Origin: Protoeuglena noctilucae
Taxonomy: Eukaryota
Assembly (NCBI GenBank): GCA_958009085.1
Contig: OY253673.1
Location: 1-64,000, forward strand
Reading direction: 5' to 3'
DNA: 64,000 nt
Under the pieces are notes generated by a model that searched no databases, was not told where the DNA came from, and saw only the letters and a program-made list of their open reading frames with translations. A program made the translations under genes and the position numbers. Below are positions 58,332-64,000 of the stretch, piece after piece; the first letter of the stretch is position 1; every line of letters begins with the position of its first letter.

Positions 58332-60161
58332 ATGGCCGACGACACGCTCTGGATCTGGCATGACGTCCTCGAGGGGCTCCGCCAGATCCGACCCCGGACG
58401 GAGGACGTCGAGCGCCTGCAGGCCGCCGTCGAGCGGGTGCGGGGGATGACGACGAGGGAGAGGCTCGACCTCGCCACGCGGCTCTACGTCCACGAGACGG
58501 GCTCGCCCGACGTCCACGAGGGCACCGTCGACCTGGTCGACCGCCTCATGCGGCTCGAGGCCGCCAACCTCATTGCGGAGATCCGCCCCGGCCCCAACCA
58601 GGTCACCCTCCCCGCCTACCACGACCGCCGCCTCACCTTCCGCACCTCCCTTCCGCGCCTCGACTTCCTCGCCGACATCGACCACCTGGTCGCGGAGCGC
58701 AAGTCGTCCCCCCCGCCACTCGTCAACCCCCACAAGCGCGCCGCCGAGCGCGACGCCGTCAACCCCAACGCCCCCAAGAGGTTCCGCACGCACGAGCCCG
58801 AGGAGTCGGAGACCGCCGCCGTCGCGCCCGTCGCGCCCGAGGAGTCCGAGGAGACGAGGTCAGTGGCGGTGCGAGCCCCGAAGTGGAAGCGCGACCAGCT
58901 CCAGGCGCGCGGCGGGCCGTCGAAGTCGAAGGCTACTTCAAACCACTCGGCGCTCCGCCTCGCGGACCTCGAGGGGTACGAGCGGTCGGGCGGGCTGTCC
59001 CGCGTGACGGAGGAGCCTGCTGTGTCCGAGTCCGTCAGCGAGAGCCCGTCGACGACGTCGAAGGCGGCCGGGCCGAGCGAGGCCGGGCCAAGCGAGACGG
59101 TCCGCGTCTCCGAGGCGACGAACGCGTACGCCCCCGAACCGGCCTCGCCGGCGTCTCGGCTGCCCGCGATCACGGAGGAGTCGTCGCGGAGCACGGGCAT
59201 CGGCGGGGCCGCCCGCACGACAACCGTGTGGGACACCATCAACTCGCTCCGCAAGCGGGTGGGGCTCCCGCGGATGCGATTCGACGCCGAGATCCAGACC
59301 GAGCCCCCCGAGGAGCCCATGCCCGAGCGGCCCCCGTCGCCACACGAGGAAACCGCGATGGCCGAGGCGCCGCCGTCGCCGCGGTTCGAGCGCGTGGACA
59401 ACCCGGAGATCGCGATGTACGAGCCGCCCGACATCGTCCCCAAGGGCACCAAGACCGGCCGCGGCGTCCGGAAGGGGAAGTCGAAGCCGACCAAGGTGGT
59501 GGTCTTCCGGGACGGCCCGGGCGGGCCGCCCGGACCTCCGGGAGCCGGACCCGGGACCGCCATCATGGAGCCAGAGGAGCCGGAGGAGCCATCCGGTGCG
59601 GGGCCGTCGACGGCGGGGGCAGGGGGCGGCGCACCTCCTCCCGGACCGCCTCCGGGCGCTGTCGAGGACGACAACGGCGTCCCGGACCACGCCGTGATCC
59701 GGCTGGCCGAGCTGACGCAGGGTCCGGGGTACTCCGTGGCTGCAGGAGGGGGCGGGGAGCCCCCGGGCGGTCCCGGACCCGACGGCGGGGACGTGTACGA
59801 GGACGAGCCGATGGGGCCGCCGATGCCGACGGGGACGCACGACGCCGTCGTCGCCAACCCGCCCACGGCGTCGCAGCCGGCCGCCGAGCCGGAGCCCGAC
59901 GTCCCCATGGACCCGGAGTTGGGTCAGGAGCCAGCCGCTGGTCCCGTCCCGAAGGAGGAGCCGGACGACTACGGGCCCATGCCGGTGGACCACGGCTACC
60001 TGGAGGAACACGAGACGAAGTGGCCGCCGTTCGACGGGGGCTCCCCCGAGGACGACGCAGGCGTCGACCCTGTGTCGGCGTCGGACGCGGACCCCGAGTG
60101 GCCGCGGCTACGCCCGCCGATGCACAGGATGCTCGGCATCTGGTCACGATTTACTATATAG
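58332..60161 (+). CDS. Hypothetical PLV protein, Pro/Glu/Gly-rich and largely disordered
   Basis: 609-aa ORF starting 2 nt after the penton stop; helical N-terminus, low-complexity remainder. Confidence 0.75.
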   Translation: MADDTLWIWHDVLEGLRQIRPRTEDVERLQAAVERVRGMTTRERLDLATRLYVHETGSPDVHEGTVDLVDRLMRLEAANLIAEIRPGPNQVTLPAYHDRRLTFRTSLPRLDFLADIDHLVAERKSSPPPLVNPHKRAAERDAVNPNAPKRFRTHEPEESETAAVAPVAPEESEETRSVAVRAPKWKRDQLQARGGPSKSKATSNHSALRLADLEGYERSGGLSRVTEEPAVSESVSESPSTTSKAAGPSEAGPSETVRVSEATNAYAPEPASPASRLPAITEESSRSTGIGGAARTTTVWDTINSLRKRVGLPRMRFDAEIQTEPPEEPMPERPPSPHEETAMAEAPPSPRFERVDNPEIAMYEPPDIVPKGTKTGRGVRKGKSKPTKVVVFRDGPGGPPGPPGAGPGTAIMEPEEPEEPSGAGPSTAGAGGGAPPPGPPPGAVEDDNGVPDHAVIRLAELTQGPGYSVAAGGGGEPPGGPGPDGGDVYEDEPMGPPMPTGTHDAVVANPPTASQPAAEPEPDVPMDPELGQEPAAGPVPKEEPDDYGPMPVDHGYLEEHETKWPPFDGGSPEDDAGVDPVSASDADPEWPRLRPPMHRMLGIWSRFTI

Positions 60162-60174
60162 GGGGGTAGACATC

Positions 60175-60801
60175 ATGGACGCCCGCACCATGGCCCTCCT
60201 CGCGCAGGGCGCCTACCACTCCGACCCCGTCGTCGGCCCGTGGGTCCGTCGGGGGGGCACGCGGACCATCCACGTCTACCGCAGGGCCGACGACCCGGGC
60301 GTCGAGGCGATCGCGTACCGCGGCACGGAGGTGTCGGACCTCGACGACGTCATGACGGACCTCGAGCTCATGGCGGCGGGGGGGATGGGGTCGGGCGCCT
60401 TCTGGCTGCCCGTCAACGCCGCCCTCAAGGACCGCGTGCAGGAGGCCGTGGCTTTCGCCCGCACCCGCGTCAGACCCGGCGTCAGGCTGGTCCACGTCGG
60501 CCACTCGCTCGGAGGGACGTGCGCCCTCCGCGCCGCCTACGTGGCGGGGGGGATCGCCAACGCCTTCGCCCCGTACGTCCCCGTCCGCCTCCCGTGGAAC
60601 CAGCTCAGGTACCGCCCGGGCATGACGGTGTACGGCAACCGCGTCGACCCCATCATGTGGGAGACGATGCTCGACCGCAACTTCCGCCTGGGCTCGGGGT
60701 CCGCGAGGTGGAGGCTGATCAGCGAGGCGGGGCAGGGGCCGACCCGGGCGGACCAGATGGGGCACGGCCTCGGCCCGTGGACGAGCGGCCGCGCGGCGTG
60801 A
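60175..60801 (+). CDS. Class 3 lipase-like alpha/beta hydrolase
   Basis: LAQGAY, IAYRGT...DVMTDL, VGHSLGG, DPI, terminal H; lipases are a known PLV accessory gene. Confidence 0.9.
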   Translation: MDARTMALLAQGAYHSDPVVGPWVRRGGTRTIHVYRRADDPGVEAIAYRGTEVSDLDDVMTDLELMAAGGMGSGAFWLPVNAALKDRVQEAVAFARTRVRPGVRLVHVGHSLGGTCALRAAYVAGGIANAFAPYVPVRLPWNQLRYRPGMTVYGNRVDPIMWETMLDRNFRLGSGSARWRLISEAGQGPTRADQMGHGLGPWTSGRAA

Positions 60802-60832
60802 ACGTCGTGAAAAAATAATCGCCCGCGGGGCA

Positions 60833-61819
60833 ATGACGAAGCTCCGCGTCGCCGACCTCTTCTGTGGCCTCGGGTCCTTCCACCGCGCCGCCAAGGCGCT
60901 CGGCCACGAGGTCGTCTTCGCCGCCGACCTGGACCCGCGGGTCCGAGAGGTGTACCGCGAGACGCACGGCCTCGAGCCCGCGGGGGACATCGGGACTGTC
61001 GACTGGGGCGCCGTCCCCGACTTCGACGTGCTGTGCGCGGGGCCCCCCTGCCAGAGCTTCTCCACGGCGGGGCGGCGGGGCGGCCTGGGCGACGCCCGCG
61101 GCGACCTCATCCTCAAGATCGCCGACGTCCTGCGCGCGAAGCGGCCGCGGTGGTTCGTCGTCGAGAACGTCCCCGGCCTCGTCACCATCGACGCGGGCGA
61201 GGCCTTCCGCACCGTCCTGCGGACGTACGAGGACGTGGGCTACCGGGTCAAGTGGGCCATCCTCCGCAGCCACGAGCACGGCCTCCCGCTCTTCCGCAGA
61301 CGCGTCTTCGTCGTCGGCTCCCGCGACGGCGAGCCGTGGACGCCGCCGCCGCCGATGCCCTTCGCCTCGCGCCCCACGCTGTCGGAGGCGCTCGGGAGGC
61401 CGTTCAAGGCGAGGATCTCGCGGTCGCCCAAGACGACGTACAACTCGACGGCCACCGACAAGCGGCAGTGGGCCCGCCTCGCCCTCGAGGACGGCTTGAG
61501 CTACTGCCTCACCGCCGACGACGTCCAGAGGCTCATGGGGTGGGGGCCCGACGAGATCGAGTGGGGCCGCTGGAGCTCGAGGGCCGCGAGGATCCGGATG
61601 CTGGGCAACAGCATCCCGACGTGCCTCAGCCACGCGGTCCTCGCCGGCCTAGGCGTAGAGCCGGTCGAGGGCGCGGGCCGCGCGGAGGACGAGGGCGGGG
61701 TCGGTCCCGAGCTTGAAGGAGACGGAGCGGTGCCGCTTGGAGAGCTCGAGCTCGACGGCGGCGGAGTCGGAGCCGTCGAGCAGGAGCTCCGAGCCGATCT
61801 GCTCGAGCAGAGCGCCTAG
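60833..61819 (+). CDS. C5 cytosine DNA methyltransferase (Dcm-like)
   Basis: Motif I DLFCGLG, motif IV GPPCQSFS, motif VI ENV, motif VIII R.RVF, motif X GNS. The last ~170 nt run antisense over the neighbouring gene. Confidence 0.95.
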   Translation: MTKLRVADLFCGLGSFHRAAKALGHEVVFAADLDPRVREVYRETHGLEPAGDIGTVDWGAVPDFDVLCAGPPCQSFSTAGRRGGLGDARGDLILKIADVLRAKRPRWFVVENVPGLVTIDAGEAFRTVLRTYEDVGYRVKWAILRSHEHGLPLFRRRVFVVGSRDGEPWTPPPPMPFASRPTLSEALGRPFKARISRSPKTTYNSTATDKRQWARLALEDGLSYCLTADDVQRLMGWGPDEIEWGRWSSRAARIRMLGNSIPTCLSHAVLAGLGVEPVEGAGRAEDEGGVGPELEGDGAVPLGELELDGGGVGAVEQELRADLLEQSA

Positions 61820-61930
61820 GTCCACCTTGATCCTCGAGGCGTCGACGACCTCGACCACGTCCACCGCCGTGCAGTCGAGCGTCGCCAGGAGCTGGCCGCC
61901 GCAGCTGAGAACCACCATCGTTATCTGCAT
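61649..61930 (-). CDS. Hypothetical small PLV protein
   Basis: 93 aa from ATG 61930 (MQITMVVLSCGGQLLATLDC..), preceded by CCGTTTTTTCC. Confidence 0.6.
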   Translation of the reverse strand: MQITMVVLSCGGQLLATLDCTAVDVVEVVDASRIKVDLGALLEQIGSELLLDGSDSAAVELELSKRHRSVSFKLGTDPALVLRAARALDRLYA

Positions 61931-62012
61931 GCCCCGCGGAAAAAACGGCCCAAGGGGATCGGCGCCAGGCGTTGAATTAAAAGGGGGAGAGCAACACCAG
62001 CAACCAGCGAAG

Positions 62013-62348
62013 ATGATGCGGGTGAAGCGCGAAGACATGGCGCGGGCCCTGTCCCTGCCCTGTTGGTACCTGGAGTCGCGGCTCTTCCGCGACGGGCTGT
62101 TCCCCCAGATCGAGCGGCTCGACGACGCGAGGGACTTCGACGCCATCCTCGACCTGGTCGGCGGCGACGAGGACAACGCGCTGGCCCTCCGGTACCACAT
62201 GGCGGCGACGCAGGGGCTGTACAAGTGGAACATGGCCCAGGAGAGGGTGGTCGTGCCCTTCAAGCTACGCGATCTCGACGACGCCTACGTCGACCTCTAC
62301 ATCGCCATGTCCCGCACCACGGCGGGGGGGACGGTCGTCCTCGTGTGA
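62013..62348 (+). CDS. Hypothetical small PLV protein
   Basis: 111 aa from ATG 62013 with viral codon usage and an AT-rich motif upstream. Confidence 0.65.
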   Translation: MMRVKREDMARALSLPCWYLESRLFRDGLFPQIERLDDARDFDAILDLVGGDEDNALALRYHMAATQGLYKWNMAQERVVVPFKLRDLDDAYVDLYIAMSRTTAGGTVVLV

Positions 62349-62650
62349 GCAGGTGACAATTCGACTATTTTTTCGCAGGAAGCCCACAAGGATCTGGGAA
62401 CCCGGGGAGTCGGCGAGAATCGCCAGGGTCCAGGCCGCGCGGGCGAGAAACAACCTTGCACCAGGCCCATGTACCCGGATTAATTTTATCCGGGACCCGC
62501 GCGCCGGTCTCGAAGCCCGAGAAGCCCCGGCGCTGGATGTCTGACCAGGTTCTAGAACATGGGTAAATACCCTAGCCCTGGCGAAGCGCATAAAAGTTCG
62601 CGCGCGCGTGGTTTCGCGGACACTTTCTGCGCTTCCGAGTTCGATCGAAG

Positions 62651-63649
62651 ATGCCGAAGGCCCCGATCAAGAAAGGCGAGCCCTACGAGGAGCGCGCGCG
62701 CGCGCTCCTTGCGCGAGTGAGGCTCGATAGGTGCATCGTGCCCTTCAACAACAAGGGGGTGCCGAAGCGCTGCGGCAACAAGCCGCATATGACCATCGCG
62801 AATACGAGGCTGCACCTCAACTGCGTCGAGCTTGCGTGCGAGAGGCACCGCGGGTGAGGGGTCCGGGCGACGAATCCCCCGCAACCTTGCGCGCGCTTCC
62901 GGGCCCCACCGGCATCACCCGACGCCCTTGCAGGGTCGTGGAAGAGCTCCTGAGGGAGTACATCATTAACAACGGCGGAAACCCCAGCTGGTGAGGGGCC
63001 TGGACTGGTCCGGACAACGGCGTGTGCTCCCGGAAACCGAGTCTCAGTCTCTGTCGTCTCCGAGTCCACAGGGTCCACCAAACGGACATGCACTTCGAGG
63101 CACTCAAGATCGCCGCGAGGGCCAACCCGGGCGACGACACATACGAGATCCCCCTCTGGCTCCCCGAGAACGCCAAGACAGACTGGAGGAGCCACCTCCA
63201 GGCCGATGACGCGCCCCTGATGAGGTTCAACAACCAGCTGGAGTCCGAGTACTCGGCCGGGGCGATCTTCCCGCGCCTGCTCGACCACGCCCGGCACATC
63301 GAGTTGTACGCGGTGCACCCGACAGTCATCGCGGGCGTCCAGGGCGTGCTCGACAACTTCCTGGACAAGGCCATCGCCCCGGCCGTCACGAGGCTCCGCA
63401 GGGCGCTGTTTCCGGTGAGCTCACGGGGCTCTGCAGCTGCCTGGCTCCCGTGCACTGTCGGGGAGACGACGGCAGGCAGCACCCACGCCCCCGCAGATCA
63501 CCCACAAGCGCCGCAAGGTGGTCTCCGGGACGGGTGCCGCGTCTGGAGCCAGGTGCGTGTGTGTCAGTGCGTCGCTGCACACGGGGTGTCCGGGACGGGC
63601 CGCTGATGACACCTCTCGCCTGGTCCGCAGTAACGAGATGACCGGCTAG
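62651..63649 (+). CDS. Hypothetical 5-exon protein with four ~80-nt introns
   Basis: GT-AG introns 62854-62933, 62991-63071, 63415-63496 and 63553-63630 join the ORF pieces in frame (..CERHRG|VVEELL..PSW|VHQTDM..ALFP|ITHKRRKVV..GAS|NEMTG*). Confidence 0.7.
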
Positions 63650-63868
63650 AGACGACGCAGGCGGCCGCAGTGTGGACGACACGGCCCCGACCTGGTGCGT
63701 GCCTGCGCCGCGTCACGGGGGGCATTACGCAGGCAGGCCGGGGGGCTGGGCTCAGACCGAGACGCTTGTTCGGTGTGCCCGCAGATCCATCCAAGTAGAC
63801 TTTCGCTGGTCGCTGTCGCTGGTCGCCTGGCGCTGTCGTTGCTCCCCCCCGCTGATCCCCCCCCCCCC

Positions 63869-64000
63869 ACCAGCGCAAGCTGGTGACCCACCCCCGGGTC
63901 GTTAATCTGGGATACGCCCGCCCGGCGTGTAACAAGTGGGTAGCCACTACCAGCGGAGGCTGGTGACCCCACCCTGGGTCGTTAATCTGGGATACGCCTG
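63869..64000. repeat. 80-bp-period direct repeat running off the window end
   Basis: GCTGGTGACCC..CCC.GGGTCGTTAATCTGGGATACGCC at 63879-63918 and 63959-63998. Confidence 0.85.

Larger units (their letters stand above)
48570..62400. mobile_element. Endogenous Polinton-like virus (GC-rich), probably internally deleted; boundaries approximate
   Basis: Gene-dense, intronless, CpG-rich block with MCP, penton, A32-like ATPase, fibre, lipase, MTase and rve integrase. I found no terminal inverted repeats by eye. Confidence 0.9.

Noticed and set aside
53034..61633. Long alternative-frame and antisense ORFs over the PLV (e.g. 53034-54602, 54059-56098, 58616-59908, 60154-61212)
   Set aside because: These are shadow ORFs caused by high GC3 codon bias; they are Arg/Gly/Pro-rich with no motifs.
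46090..62400. Bacterial prophage or giant-virus (NCLDV) insertion
   Set aside because: No terminase, portal or Shine-Dalgarno pattern, and no NCLDV core genes. The size and the MCP-penton-A32-lipase-rve gene set fit a PLV.
46090..62650. Terminal inverted repeats or target-site duplication for the PLV
   Set aside because: Comparing 46090-46400 and 48400-48660 with the reverse complement of 62350-62650 and 63860-64000 by eye gave only matches of 8 bp or less.
63879..63998. CRISPR array or twister ribozyme
   Set aside because: Only two repeats, no cas genes and a eukaryotic context; flanking bases are also repeated. Twister pseudoknot pairings could not be satisfied by eye.

Overview
Chromosome end of a GC-rich, intron-rich green alga; the TTAGGG telomere, plastid flavodiiron genes and a flagellar CFAP96 gene point to a chlorophyte with a flagellate stage. 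Layout: (CCCTAA)n telomere joined to a 5'-truncated LINE-like 3' end (1-950). Next come about 44 kb of spliced host genes: XRN1, an alpha/beta hydrolase, CFAP96, PSMG4/PAC4, a head-to-head FLVB/FLVA pair, a 2OG-Fe(II) oxygenase, an intronless F-box/ankyrin gene, an FG-GAP surface protein and an aldo-keto reductase. A nested mobile-element zone follows: a second LINE-like 3' end (45250-46088), a low-GC island carrying a Polinton-type integrase fragment (46090-48570), and a ~14 kb intronless, CpG-rich endogenous Polinton-like virus (PLV). The PLV has a major capsid protein, penton, A32-type packaging ATPase, tail fibre, lipase, C5 DNA methyltransferase, RING protein and rve integrase. Its integrase and fibre genes both lose their 5' ends at one point (~51720), and I recognise no replication gene. 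Host genes show many GC-AG introns and repeated tandem duplications spanning splice sites. All gene calls are by eye from motifs; no database searches were run, and exon coordinates of long genes are approximate unless stated.
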